DNA of 64,000 nt from Octopus bimaculoides (GCF_001194135.2 NC_068987.1:19074444-19138443); one strand, 5' to 3'; shown: positions 1-14,800, counted from the stretch's first letter. Numbers and translations are program-made. The notes: generated by a model not told the origin, from the sequence alone.

Positions 1-2181
1 GAAAAGAAACACGTAGATAATATAACTACTGGCTGGGATGACAGCACGTTGCGTCTCGTTGAAGGCTAACTCTGGTACACTGTATGTGAAGATTTCACAT
101 TGTATCTTGCACGAAGTGGTCTGCTTGAATGAAGTGCCTAATTGTTTTAATAGGGTGAAAAGGGAGAGAATTTTAGATCATCCGTGAAGCAATATCACAC
201 CAAAGCTTCACGCTGATTGGTCGAAATAATAATGATATTAACTATGGACTAGCCGAACTCTTATAAAGAGTAGTAGTCGGAGTGAGCATTTTGGTAGTCT
301 CACTGAGTACATTGTATGAACACATTGATTTAACTTCTACTACATAATTTATCTATACCAACCTGTGGCAGGATATAAAATATTTTGAAGAAAATATTTA
401 CAAGGCAGACAGATGTTCTCTCTAATATATTCTATTTAAAAGGTCTAATAATATATCACCCAATGAAGTACTGAAACCATGTTCCAAGTTCTTACTTATT
501 GAAACCACCCTTGGCAGTGGTGAGAGACAGACATACTTCATTGAAACCCATGATCAGAATGCTATTGTAAGGTAATCATTTTGTAAACCTACTGTCACTG
601 GTTCTTTCTCTAGAGAAACAAAAAACAAAACAATGACAGAATTGTTAGAGTATCATACAAAATGCTTGGCATTTCATTACGTCCTTTACATATTCTGTGT
701 TTAAATTTTTTGAGTTTTTTTTTTTTAAATCCTAAATTAGTAACCTACTGAGGAACAATGTTTTGAACCATTCTCAAGTGAGATGACCAAACAACTACAA
801 CATTGTTTTCTACAAAGAGAGGTGTTCTTGGCTAAGGTGGCTGTTGGAGTCATGGATCTGTTCAGTCAGAACTGACCTGCAGTGAAACAGCAAATGTTGC
901 ACAAGCCAACTAAACCAAACTGCTACAGTATAGGGCTTTCCTATAAGTAGGTTATCTCCCTTGGCTAGGCGGCGCTCCATGTAGACAATTAAACTTCCAC
1001 AGACTATCCACGCTATTGTTTCGATGATTCAGCTATCGAAGTACTTACTGTGCCTAAGTAGCTGTGAAGTGTCCAAGTTATTAGATGAAACGCCTCACTA
1101 TATTTGTTCCAATCCTCTGAGCTCTGAGTTCAAAGCTCAGCAATGTCAACTTTCATCCATTCAGGGATTGATGAAAAAATATTAATCTGGAGCAGTGGGT
1201 TGGAGAAACTGTCAGAACTCTAGACCAGATGCCTTGCAGTATTAGCCCTGGCTCATTGTGTCTGCAGTTCAAATCTTGCCATGGCCTTCTTGTATGGTAG
1301 ACTTAGTATGTTGACTGGTTTAACTCCACCACCTTGGTTGACTTTAGCAGGGACTACTCAACTACATTAAGGCTTGGTATCTGATTTGAGGAAACCTTTC
1401 TCCCTCCCTACCTCCCACCAGTTCTGAGGAGCCCTGTAAATGGGGTTATAGGCACTGACTTCTCTCCATAAAAAAAAGGAGCCTTGATGCAGTAACTCAG
1501 TTTGCTAGAAAAGACAAATTAAATCCTGCAATAAAGTACATTAATAGTGTAGTGTACGATGGCTGAAATAAAGACAGAGTTGGATGATAACAGCTAGAAT
1601 ATTTTCAGTCATTGGTCTGCTTGATAAGTCTAAACAATAACAACAAATTCTACAGAAGGAACACAATTTCACCTGTCTGTCTAGTGCTTGACTTACCTCA
1701 TTATAATTTATTCCATTCACAGAATACATTTCATTATTCACCCTTTCTCAGTGATACTTTTTAAATTTTTCATTTACCAAAAATGTGAACTTCAATTTCT
1801 AATAACTTGTTATTTTAGCCCCAGGTCAGCATTGAGAAAGCAGACTTATGATTAAAGGTAATCCAGCTGTGATTATCCAGCCTTTTTATATATAGGCGCA
1901 AGTGTGGCAAGAAGCTTGCTTCTCAACAACATGGTTCCAGGTTCAGTCCCACTGCACAACACCTTGGGCAAGTGTTATCTATTATATCCTCAGGCCAACC
2001 CAAGCCTTGTGAGTGAATTTGGTAGACAGAAACTGAAAGAAAACCATCATATATATATATGGAGCCTGGTGTTGCCATCCGGTTTCACCAGTCCTCAGTC
2101 AAATCGTCCAACCCATGCTAGCATGGAAAGCGGACGTTAAACGACGATGATGATGATGATGATGATATATATGTATGTATA

Positions 2182-3015
2182 CAGGGTGTGGTGAATAAAC
2201 TAGTGTCTAAATGATGCAAAAATGAAAATAACACTGACATCTCATTTTAACAAATATATTTACATATTTACCAAAGTTACATAAAAATATCTTGAAACAC
2301 TAAAGAGTAAATTTATTCAATAAAATAGCCATTGGCTTTAACCACAGCCTCGAGACGACTTCGGAACCTCCTGTAACTCTTCTGGACGGTTTCCTTGTTT
2401 AAGTTGGTGAATGCTGCCATAATCCTTGCCTTCAGTTTGTCTTTCGTGTTACAAAGAGTTTTGTTGGTCTCTTGCTCAACTGCACCCCACACATAATGAT
2501 CAAGAGGGTTGCAGTCTGGGGACTTAGGTGCCCAGATGTTAGGGGGTGATGTGGTTGCAGAAATTATCTGACAGCCATTACTGAGTTCTCCCGTGTGACA
2601 TGGTGCAGAAACCTGTTGCCAGACATAGGGTCTTCCAGCAGCCATCCTCTTGACCCAGGGTAGCACTACCTCCTCCAGGCACTTTATGTAGACTTCCGTG
2701 TTGTGTCTGAGGCCGTGTGGGAAAATGAATGGAGGCATAACGTCGCCATCACTAGTGATCACTCCCAACACCATGATTGATTTTTATCACTCTCGGTACA
2801 TGTCCTCAGATTCACATCCAAACACTCTGAAATGTTTGTATTGGAGCTTCTGGCATAAATGCCAAGCAGTACAGCATGTTGTATTGTGTCATGGTGTAGT
2901 TTTCTCACAGATGGTGCCCAACTGACCCTACTATACTGTGTAGTTGACAAAATCAGAAACAAACAGTGCGCATGCACGAAATAAAAAATGGCGACAATTT
3001 ATCCATCACACCCTG
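2182..3015 (-). mobile_element. Non-autonomous Tc1/mariner element of the maT (DD37D) type, decayed
   Basis: TA-flanked TIRs (CAGGGTGTGGTGAATAAA / TTTATCCATCACACCCTG). The transposase C-terminal fragment reads ...WQQ(V)SAPCHT...SPDCNPLD(H)YVWG..., with frameshifts and the catalytic D changed to V. Confidence 0.88.
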
Positions 3016-3104
3016 TATATGTATGTATTTATCTGTGTGTGTATGTGTCTGTATTTTGCCCCCCCCCCCCCGTCACTGCTTGACAACCAGTATTGATGTG
3101 TTTA

Positions 3105-3324
3105 TATCCCCCATAACTCAGTGGTTTAGCAAAACAGACCAATTTTTGGCTGATAATGATCAGAAATTCTATGAGCACAGAGTCATGAAGATGCCAGAAA
3201 GATGGCAAAAGGTCATCAAACAAAATGGAAAATATATAATTGATTAAAGTTCGTTCTTTGTATGAAAATAAATGACTTTTATTTCTAACTAAAAAACCAA
3301 AATTACTTTCTTGCCAACCCAATA
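3105..3324 (+). mobile_element. Mariner (DD34D-type) 3' fragment
   Basis: QKFYEHRVMKMPERWQKVIKQNGKYIID* followed by a mariner-type ITR AATTACTTTCTTGCCAACCCAA-TA. Confidence 0.8.
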
Positions 3325-3387
3325 TATATATATATTTGTGTGTATGTGTGACAGGCTTCTTTAAGTTTGTCTACCAAATCCTCAAGG

Positions 3388-3662
3388 NNNNNNNNNNNNN
3401 NNNNNNNNNNNNNNNNNNNNNNNNNNNNNNNNNNNNNNNNNNNNNNNNNNNNNNNNNNNNNNNNNNNNNNNNNNNNNNNNNNNNNNNNNNNNNNNNNNNN
3501 NNNNNNNNNNNNNNNNNNNNNNNNNNNNNNNNNNNNNNNNNNNNNNNNNNNNNNNNNNNNNNNNNNNNNNNNNNNNNNNNNNNNNNNNNNNNNNNNNNNN
3601 NNNNNNNNNNNNNNNNNNNNNNNNNNNNNNNNNNNNNNNNNNNNNNNNNNNNNNNNNNNNNN
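3388..3662. other. Assembly gap; other gaps at 5266-5806, 6887-7297, 23944-24567, 43657-43666
   Basis: Runs of N. Confidence 0.99.
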
Positions 3663-4414
3663 AAAACCTAAGAGAGAGAGAGAGAGAGAGAGAAATGACA
3701 AAGTTACCAATGTCACTAAAATGTTAATTAGAAAGAAATTTAAAAGGTTTCCAATTATTTATTAAATTCTGTAGTGAGATACTTTGGTAAAATTTATTAA
3801 ATGTATTTATTGTTTTTCTTTTTTCTTTTTATTCGTTTTTTTTTTTACCCAAGAAATTGAGAAAAAAAAAATTGTATTAAGACACAACTGGAAATTTCAA
3901 ACAATTGTTCATATTGCAACTAATTTTTTGAAATTTCAGGCAATTGTTAAAATATTTGGCAATTTTTGGAGATGTTCATAATTTCATTGCTGCAATCAAA
4001 GTCTGTTTTGTTTCCTTTTAATACAAATTGAAGAAAACCATGTAAACCATCCAATGAAATTGTTGAATATTAATCACAATTACTCGAGTTATTGGCAAAC
4101 CATAGAAATTGTTAAAACTGCAAGCAGCTTTTGGGATTCTGGCCAGTTGTTAGAATCACAGACAATGATATAACAAGGTGGGAAATTGAAGGCAATAATT
4201 AGAATTGCAACCAGTTATTGGAATTACAACTGCTACAAACAACTCATTATTGTAACCATTGTTAATTCAGGATGAAAATGTTAGACAAATTGCTTGTAAG
4301 TTACTGGAACTATAGCCAACCATAAGAATCGGTGATAATTACTGGAAATAGCCTGAACCTGTTCCAATTACTGTTATATTGCAATATTAACAATCTCTGA
4401 TTATCTAAAAGAGT

Positions 4415-4445
<31 letters not shown>

Positions 4446-5806
4446 GTGCATTTCAAGGCAACTTTTCTTTAAAGCTTGAATATTGTGTAACAAAAGTTTA
4501 GCAAAATGCAGAAAGACTTGGTGTTACCCAGGGTAAAAACTGGGATTTATATAACAACTGTATATGTATTTAAGAGCATTATATATGTATATAAATGTGT
4601 GCGTGCATGTGTGTATGTATGTAAATAATTATATATATATTAATTCTTGATAGAATAGGTATCCAAATGTTTAAAAGTACAAATAGTTAACAGTAACTTA
4701 GAAACTCAATATGGGAACTATGTGAATTATAAAAAAAAAGTTATTTTATTTACTAGTTAATCTCTTCATATTGTAAAAAATTCATAGATTAATAAAATAT
4801 GTAAGTAAAGGGATTTATTTAGATAACCCTTGTACATATATATTTCCATAACAAATATTTAGTTTGTGTTCTTCAAATTGTAACAATGAATGATGTATAG
4901 TTTATTGATTATCCTTTCTAGGAAATTTAAGGGGAGGGGACTAGTTGATTTCATCGACCCCAGTGTTTCACTGGTACTTAATTTATCGACCCCAAAAGGA
5001 TGAAAGGCTAAGTCAACCTTGATGAAATTTGAACCCAGAATGTAGTGGTGGGCGAAATACCACTAAGCATTTTGCCCAGTGGGCTAACAATTCTGCCAGC
5101 TTGCTGCCTTATACAGTTTATCGATAATGAGATTGAGAATGCAATGTAGGGTCAAGATTTGTTGATGATCTTCTTTGACCACATACCACCTTTACACTGA
5201 GAATGGTAACATAACATTCTTCTATTAATAATTTTTTATTGATTATATTGAACCTTATTACCTCTNNNNNNNNNNNNNNNNNNNNNNNNNNNNNNNNNNN
5301 NNNNNNNNNNNNNNNNNNNNNNNNNNNNNNNNNNNNNNNNNNNNNNNNNNNNNNNNNNNNNNNNNNNNNNNNNNNNNNNNNNNNNNNNNNNNNNNNNNNN
5401 NNNNNNNNNNNNNNNNNNNNNNNNNNNNNNNNNNNNNNNNNNNNNNNNNNNNNNNNNNNNNNNNNNNNNNNNNNNNNNNNNNNNNNNNNNNNNNNNNNNN
5501 NNNNNNNNNNNNNNNNNNNNNNNNNNNNNNNNNNNNNNNNNNNNNNNNNNNNNNNNNNNNNNNNNNNNNNNNNNNNNNNNNNNNNNNNNNNNNNNNNNNN
5601 NNNNNNNNNNNNNNNNNNNNNNNNNNNNNNNNNNNNNNNNNNNNNNNNNNNNNNNNNNNNNNNNNNNNNNNNNNNNNNNNNNNNNNNNNNNNNNNNNNNN
5701 NNNNNNNNNNNNNNNNNNNNNNNNNNNNNNNNNNNNNNNNNNNNNNNNNNNNNNNNNNNNNNNNNNNNNNNNNNNNNNNNNNNNNNNNNNNNNNNNNNNN
5801 NNNNNN

Positions 5807-6103
5807 GTATCTATGTGTGTAACAATTTTAGAGTTCGGATTCTAGAGTTAGGGTTAGGGTTAGGGGATTAATACGATATACACCGTTACAGCGCTAACTG
5901 TTTTCAACTGAATAGACGTCAGTGATTAGTAGAAATTATCGAAATAAGACAATTTTTTACATGAAATAAATTCGAATACAAAAATTTTTTTCTGTTCTAT
6001 AACACAAAATAGATAAGTATACGAAGTTTGAAAGTCTTTCGGTACCAAAAACACTACATAAAACATAAATGAAAACTGGTGCCCCCGTTTTGAAATAGAT
6101 CCG
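5807..6103. mobile_element. Probable DNA-transposon end carrying (TTAGGG)3; left part lost in the gap
   Basis: GAGTTAGGGTTAGGGTTAGGGG inside a CpG-richer patch ending ...GAAATAGATCCG. Confidence 0.35.
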
Positions 6104-7297
6104 ATGCTTCTACTGAGGCACATTAGAGCCTCATAACCTAACTAGCTATAATGTAGTTCTAGATATATATCACCATTATTACTATTTACTTATTTACAAA
6201 TAATTCCGTGGTAAAACAATTATGGAAAATAATTCACAAATTATTAGGAAATGTGGAAATGATACCAGTCAACTATTATTTCTTCACTGACATAGAAACC
6301 TGAAGACTTAATGTTTGTCAAAACAGCAGTGCTAATTATAAATTTCATACATTGGTACAAGAAGTTCAGTGAGGTATATTATCGATTTAATTACATTACT
6401 GGAGCATGCTTTGTTTTATAAACATCAAAAGAATAAAAACAGTGCAGAACTACTTTGAAGCGATGTAACTAAGTACTGCACTTGACTGTGTCTGTCTGTA
6501 AACGTCACTGCTCAGAATTATAAACATTTACCATTGAACTTGCTCGTAAACATTGATGAAAGAATTAATTTTAAAAAAAACAAAAAAAAACAACTCCATT
6601 TCCAACATCTATTTAGATTTTAATCGATGAGGAAATGGCAGGTATTTATTTATTATTTTGAGATATTTTTCATCTATCATCATCGTTTAACGTCTGCTTT
6701 CCATGCTAGCATGGGTTGGACGATTTGACTGAGGATTGGTGAAACCGGATGGCAACACCAGGCCCCAATCTGATTTGGCAGAGTTTCTACAGCTGGATGC
6801 CCTTCCTAACGTCTATTATGGAAATCTATGTACAAGGGTCATCTAAATAAATCCCTTTATTGATATAATACTATATATATATTTTTNNNNNNNNNNNNNN
6901 NNNNNNNNNNNNNNNNNNNNNNNNNNNNNNNNNNNNNNNNNNNNNNNNNNNNNNNNNNNNNNNNNNNNNNNNNNNNNNNNNNNNNNNNNNNNNNNNNNNN
7001 NNNNNNNNNNNNNNNNNNNNNNNNNNNNNNNNNNNNNNNNNNNNNNNNNNNNNNNNNNNNNNNNNNNNNNNNNNNNNNNNNNNNNNNNNNNNNNNNNNNN
7101 NNNNNNNNNNNNNNNNNNNNNNNNNNNNNNNNNNNNNNNNNNNNNNNNNNNNNNNNNNNNNNNNNNNNNNNNNNNNNNNNNNNNNNNNNNNNNNNNNNNN
7201 NNNNNNNNNNNNNNNNNNNNNNNNNNNNNNNNNNNNNNNNNNNNNNNNNNNNNNNNNNNNNNNNNNNNNNNNNNNNNNNNNNNNNNNNNNNNNNNNN

Positions 7298-7340
<43 letters not shown>

Positions 7341-7362
7341 TTGTATCTAGGGAGAGTCATCA

Positions 7363-7401
<39 letters not shown>

Positions 7402-8617
7402 CTTTTGTCTATGTTGGGGTTTAAAAACACAAAGGTAATCAGTACAATTTTTATGTTAGAAGTGCTTAGACCAGTGGCTTTCAAATGGCGCAACCCATGG
7501 CACACCACGAGGAGTATCTAAGTGTGCTGTGGATTTGAAAAATAAAATTTAAGGCTTTAGAAAATCCATATGAATGCTTGAGTGTCTTGAAAAATCATGC
7601 TATTCGTAATTTTGTTATACACAAGCATGATTAATTAAAAAGAAATTAAGCAAAAGGTTTTTATATTATTTTTTCTAGATAATTAACTTTAAAGCAGTTT
7701 TTGTTTTTAAGCTTTTCATGCAAAGTAAATAAGTTATTTTTTTCTTCTATCTTTAGATGAACAGAGAACCATTGGGGTTAAAGCTTTATATAATGTTATT
7801 TTATGTGAAACATATGGAGATGTTGATGTTAATCAATTGACCTAACAGATTGACAAACCAAAAGTCCAGAAGTAAGGAACATGTAAATTAACATATATAT
7901 ATAAATTAAGACAGATATCACATAAATTAACATATATATGTGTGTGTGTATATACACACAAGAGTTTGTATTTGCGTGCATATATGTGTGTGTGGGTTTA
8001 TAGATATGTTGTATATGGCATCTATTTATATATAAAAAAAAGTTCATGTTCACCATATTGTTTCAATACCAACAATGTGACACACACACACCCACACAAA
8101 CGTGATCATATAACAGGAGGTAAAGGAAAAGTACCAGAATTTTGTATAGAAACATGTTCTGTTTTGGAGCTCAATGAACAAAAGTTCCAGGCATTCAATC
8201 TGGATTCTTCAAATATTTATAAATAGGGCTTTATGTCTCTAAATCCAAGCAGCAACAATAGTAGTAATGACAGTGTGAAGCATTTTACAATACAGTGTTA
8301 CGAACAGAAGGAAAAATGTGAATCATGTAGGCAATTAGAAAAAAAACTCTAATTAAAGTTTAAATGAAACATAATTAGTATTTGTTCTGTTAGGCTGAAG
8401 GTCAAGACTATTTTTTTCCAGTTGTGCCATTGTGAAAATGCTTGGATGCAAAAAGAGTGTATCCTTATGTGGCTATCAGATGCAATTTATCTGTTGTAAC
8501 CAATATCTTATCATTGGGTATTACAGTGATTGTCAGTTTACTAGATATGGTGTATATTATTTTCAGAAATAGAGTGTGTTAAAAGCAGAAATATTAGTGT
8601 CATATGAAATATATCAA

Positions 8618-8840
8618 CCTTTTAGCATTAAAACTGACCACGTCTGGCCCAAATTATTCTACCTGTTTATTTTGAAACCAAGTAGATCTGGCCTTTCACA
8701 TTTAGCCTATAATGTCATTCTAAAAGTAAACCACCATATTATTGAAATCTCAGAGCTATGAGGTAATGCATGATTAATTCAAGACAATGTGAGTAATGAA
8801 TAAGCATTACACTCAAGTGAGTAATCTGAATGCTAAAGGA
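8618..8840 (-). mobile_element. TTAA-flanked MITE family with CCTTTAGCATT termini; other copies at about 60680-60883 and 63193-63365, partial copy at about 56370-56440
   Basis: Termini CCTTTTAGCATT / AATGCTAAAGGA-TTAA; the internal sequence is shared between copies. Confidence 0.65.
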
Positions 8841-11800
8841 TTAAGCTAGTCATAAAAAAAAAAGCATCAAAGTTAATTGTTTCTTAAACTGTATTTATAT
8901 AGTTGAAGTGGAGGTGAAGAGAAAATGGTTGTTGCAAGTAAACTCAATGATAATGAAGTTGCAGTTCATGGCTTTTTTTTTGCTTTTTTTGGTGGTGGGG
9001 GTCTCACGTTTTACTCACTAACAAATTGAAAGATCATATGAACACTGTAGAGTGGTGGTAAGTTCTTAGCAAGCTGACAAATATTTAGTTCTTGCTTGGA
9101 GTCATTCTGCTTCATTTATACTACTTGAGTGTTTGACTAGATTAGCCAATAACTTGGGAAAAAAACAAGTTCCATACCTTGGCACTGGGACTTTATTTTG
9201 GGTCATCTAATTTAACATAATCATTTGCCTCCATAAAGAAGCAGCCTACAACATAAGACATGTTATGCATTCAACACTAGCAGATTTTCTTTTAGTAGTG
9301 GCTCCCATATATGACAAGGTCAGCAGCTTTATTAGAAGTGAATGATAACAGATAGATAATTATCATTAACTTGTGAAATGCTTAGCTTTTGTAAATTCTA
9401 TTATGTTCTTGAAAGCATATAATATCAATCTTCTGAGCACTTGCTTTTCCTGCCAAAATCAATACTTTGGGTTCAAAGAATAAAACAAGGAAATGTGTGA
9501 AAGTGGTAACTAACCATGTGATAATATTGCAACGGCTGTTTCGGATAGTTTAAAAAATGCTATACTTGAGGTATTAGATATAGTGTTATTACAATTAACA
9601 ATTAAAAATGACAAGTCTAACAAAAATGATAATACATTGGGTATTGAAACTGAGCACGTTGAACATTAAAATAAGGTTATTGTCAACATAATTTAATAAA
9701 TAAAATACTGTATGTTTAGACAACAGTGTATTGTAATTAAATTGCCCAGAGCAGAAAATTCAAAAAAAAAAAAACAGGATAAAAAATTTTTTTTACCCAA
9801 AATAGCAAAACATCTTAAACTTTAAGTTTAAAAATTAACAAAAAAAAGAAAAAGTTATTTCCACATCGACAGAATATGGAGAAACAATAAACAATATTGA
9901 ATATCTGCTTGGCTTGATTTCATGTGGTAGTGGTAAAAAGCCCTACTCCACTTCTGAAACATACCCCTTTTTCTTGGTACTTCTATAAAAAACAAATGGA
10001 GGGGGATAACTCAGTCCAGCTCTATATACTAAAAAGTAAAATTTTTATTTCAAAACGTGTAAAGCCTTAATTTACAGAGAATTTATAAGGAATTATAAAA
10101 TTACTAACTGGTAATTTATTTATGATTTGATAAACAATTCATACTTGTGATAAATACATTGAGTAAATCCTTATTCGGTGTGTGATAAGGTCATGTGTTA
10201 CACATAAAGTTAAACCCAAAATATACCAGTGTCGTAAAAACCATCAGGAGTGATTGACACTGAATACACGAATGATAACTATTTATTGTTATTTATATAT
10301 TTCCTATCACAAAAAGTTTCTAATGGGCCAATCACAGGTTCACCACATTTCTAAAAGTGAGAGTGACAAGGGAGTATCTACAGCTCAAGGTAGAACAAAT
10401 ATCATAAGGGGCTTGGTTTGAAAAGCACTTTAATTGTTCCCTCACCAAGGTTTACACATTATGAATGTGTTTGAATATTTCACTGATATGCACCAGCAAA
10501 ACACACACACACACACATGATAAACTTCCACAGTTTCTCTCTATCAAATTTCACTCACAAGATGTTAGTCAACCCAAGGTTATAGTAGAAAATGTACCAC
10601 TGATGTATCATTTGGTGCAATGAAACCAGGAATCATGTGGTTGTAAAGTGAACTTTTTAAGTACACACTCAAGCTTGCATTCATAATGGACTAGATGTTT
10701 GAAATACAAGTGTTACATCAAATATATAGTAATACTAGTTCCAAATTTTGGCACAAAGCCAGGAATTTCAAGGGAGGGGGGTAAGTCAATTACATCAACC
10801 CCAGTGCTCAACTGGTACTTATTTATCAACCCTGAAAGGATGAAAGGCAAAGTTGACCTTGGTGGCATTTGAACTCAGAACCTAAACAGACAAAATGCTG
10901 CTAAGTATTTTGCCTGGCATGCTATTGGTTCTGTCAGCTTGCTACCTTAAAATATATAGTAATATTATTTTAAAATACCAACAAACACTCTAGTTTTTAA
11001 GATAACTAAAGAAGGCAATAAATATTACTATACATTCTTGCTAGCTGATGGTAATATTAACACAAGTTAACAAGGGAGTTTCTGTGGGAACTCCACCTAC
11101 TGCAAGTAGCAGCCAAATTTACCTTAAATTACAACCTGCTATTTTTAAAAAAAGGAGAAGGGTACACATTGGATCATGTCGCTTTAAATTCATCAAAGGC
11201 AAAAATCATTCCAATTGGAACACCTTTGATCATAGGGCTCAGCTGGGGCTCACCTGATGCTAAATAACAAAAAAACAGCAGTAATCAGGTCAGTTGCTTT
11301 TAAGTGCTTTAGTCAGTTATGGAAGAAAATATACCTACATCATATTATCATCATTTTTATGTGTTTCTTCCACACTGGCATTGGTTTGACAAGAATTTGA
11401 GGCCGTATTCTACAGCCTGATGCCTTTTCTGTCAACAAGTATGACTTGTTTTATATATATGTATACACACACATTACATATAATGGTTAGTTTTTAAAAA
11501 GAATTAGTATCTGAAAAATATTATAGTCCTACAGCTAAATTTTGGTAATGCAATTCCATCACTACTGCTAGTTCAGAAATAAAGGTCCCTACATTGAATC
11601 TAACGAGGTACTATGCACATATCCAAGAATAAGGACACCTGCTGAGGATCAAAGATCATACCAAGAGTAAAATAGTAATCTTAGACATTTACACATTTAA
11701 TCAGCATTATTCAACTAGAACTATGAAAACGACTAGTTTAGGTAAAATACCATCTAACCAGCACCTTGTCCCATTCAGAACTACATATTGCACTTGCCTC

Positions 11801-14800
11801 TTTTTACATGTTCTTATATATTGTTTCACTTGCCAAGCTCTTGTATGTAGTCGTCATCTCCAAAGTCTCAATATTTGAATGAACCACTAGCATCCAACTC
11901 TTTAGATTCTGCATTAACCAAATCAATATCACATCTCCATCTGATGTCAGTGAACCCTCAAGAAATTGAAGCAATATCACTATTCTTCAAAGACAAAGGT
12001 CAAAGAGAAAGAAAACTAAAATCTGCTATGAGTGAGTAAATTACTATTATTGTATCTAAAACTATTCTATGTATCTACACCATTACTGCTGAGTAATAAA
12101 AGAAACATTTCAATAAGTATTCTTTACAAACTACTTGATGAAGAAAAATGGAAACCATTGATAAAATGACTATAACTAGTTTATTGATAATGATATCATC
12201 ATTATCATCATCAGTTTTATATCTATTTTTCCATGTTAGAATGAGTTGGTTAAGTTTACATTACATTTTTTTAATGCACCTCTATGAGCACGCCTTCTGT
12301 GAACAGTACCAATAATAAACATTTGTCAGTTAACAAAATGGGGAAAGTAACAAGAAAATGAATACCATATAATATCAGATAAAAATGAAGAGAAATGTTG
12401 AAATTTTGTACAACTTTGCAGTCAAATTTAATTAAAGATAAATATTTTAAAATATTTGCAAACTTGTGAAACTTACCCCTAAGACATTAGTTTGAATCAA
12501 ATCATATCTGAACAAAATAAAAAACACAAACAGCACTTTGATAATATAAGTGTTATAGTTAACCTGTTGTAATAGGACTGTGTTAAAATCTGCTAACAGT
12601 GATTATAACCTGTAGGAAATAACAATACTGACTGCTGTACTAAATAACCAGTAGTAATTAAAGCAATTAACAATTCGTTTAGAATGTGATGACAACTCGA
12701 GTGGTAACTAAAGCTTAATCCATATAAAAAAATATAAAAAGAAAAAAAAAAAAGAAAATCAATAGTTTCCTTAATACATATACACACAATTTGCAACTTT
12801 AGTTAGTAGTGAAACTTCCCTGAAATTGAATGAAAGTGTTGAATAAAAATACCTATATTTTTTCAGTAATAATTGAAAAAATATAGGTATTCTTATTTTG
12901 GGCAAGTTTAAAACCTCCACCTGGTCTTTCAGTGCCTCTATTAGAGCTAAGTCTGTTGCAAGCATTAAGACTAGGTCTCCAACCTGAGGATGGCTTTTTT
13001 CCTTCTTGCACTCATTTTGTAGGCTCTGAAAAGAGTAGTAGGTACTGTCCTTCTGCCTATGACTAAGTTATAAGACAAAAGTTACTTGGTAGTTTTTGTA
13101 TTTGATTTGCAAGATTCTTTATGTGAATTCGTGTGTTGAAACAAATTTGGTTGTATCTAGAGAGAGTCATTCGGCCAATATTAATAACACATGCACTAGT
13201 TCAATTCCACTCCTTTATTACTAACCAAAGCTAAAAAAACAAACAAACAGAAAACAAAACAAATCACTGACTGTTTAACCAACAAGTTAAACAAATGATT
13301 GATTAATTAGTTGGATAGATATTGAACCAATTGACTAATAATAAAGAAGCAGAATTGAACCAGTGTGTGTATGTGATTAATATTGGTATAATGATTCTCC
13401 CTAGACACAGCAAAAATTACTTACATATATCTTTCAAACTGTGAAATAACATTGATTTATGTCCCTATTTCTTCAGTGATCCTTCAAATACTTCTTTGAA
13501 ATTCAGTAAATATTAAAACAGCTACCACTTAATAAGGTTTGAAGTGAATTCTGTAGGGCAGAAAATATAGTTGACTGAGTTAATTTCTTTAAAGGGTGTC
13601 TCTCAATAATAGAAATGGAGAAACCTTCTCTTGCTAATGGCATTACCAATGTTTGTGAAAAAGGTCCTGATTTGTGATCACATCCAGATTATGTATTTGG
13701 TCTGTCAAGAACTTGCCTATTAAGACAAACATCAAAATTGATCCCTATGAGATTTTACATAGAAACAGTGGGACACAGTAGCAGGTAGAGTAATGTATCA
13801 AACCTCGCTTCCAGCAGTCTTTATCAAATCCTTCAACCTTGAAATGATAATTTTAAATAAAAATACATAAAATGCAAACAAAATATATATATATAATGTA
13901 TACATATTTTTACATAAAGTAATATATATATAGCATGGCCCACAGCTCATGAGCTGAAACTAGATAAAATGAAAAATTTACTTAATTAACAAAATGTACA
14001 TATAAACATTTTACAAGCAAAACTAAAGCAAAACACAGAAACCATTGATGTACAATAAACGAGGGAGCTTTATAAATTAAGAGGAAGCCGATTAAGTCTG
14101 TAAGTGATAAACACTCAAAGGACACTAGGTTAAACCATTTTGGGCAAACAGATCTTCACATTAAACAGAGTTCTTTTTCAGGTTTATGACAACCACCCTT
14201 ATAATTAGCTGGATACAATTATTATATTACTAGTACTTATTATATCAACCCCAGTTGATTTGAACCTCCATAGCATTTGGGAATAGACCAGTGCAATATG
14301 TAACTAAATGGGTTAAACCAAACTTTTAGAGGAAGGGGAGTGATGTGTTGTAATATTTATCATTCCCAAAGATATTATGAGTTGCAACTGTGTATCAGAA
14401 CCATTTCAGATTAATTAGGTAAGAATTCACATGTATACCCATAGTTATCTATACACACATTCACACAATTGTTTTTGCCTGTTTTTCCTGTATCTATACA
14501 CACGTTCACACAATTGTTTTTTCCTGTTTTATATTTGTTTATCGAATTAGTTCATAGATACGTATTCATACACAAATACATTTATAATTACATGTGTAAC
14601 CTACACTAAGTCACTGACAACTCAGGTATAAAAAAAAAAAAAAAAAATCATGAAGTTTTGTATACTGATCAACATAAAGTTTTAGATCAGTAAGTATGTA
14701 CACAAACTCCAACAAGGATGGCTTAAAATGGTTACAACCTATCACTGAGTTGCAGGCCAAAAAAACTGATAAAGTAAACTAAGGTTTAAAATCAAAAGCA

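Noticed and set aside
205-290. CCAAT plus TATA promoter on the plus strand, with a possible exon at 443-571
   Set aside because: A similar TGATTGGTCGAAAT-like motif occurs in the repeat at about 5920 and the end resembles a TIR. The candidate peptide (KPCSKFLLIETTLGSGERQTYFIETHDQ) is unrecognised and has no partner exons.
10170-10270. C/D box snoRNA candidate
   Set aside because: The C box is imperfect (GTGATAA) and I could not identify an rRNA-complementary guide longer than about 8 nt.
11820-11975. Possible exon with an in-frame TGA (selenoprotein idea: ...SGSFKY-U-DFGDD...)
   Set aside because: No recognisable selenoprotein homology, no SECIS found, and the reading frame is ambiguous.
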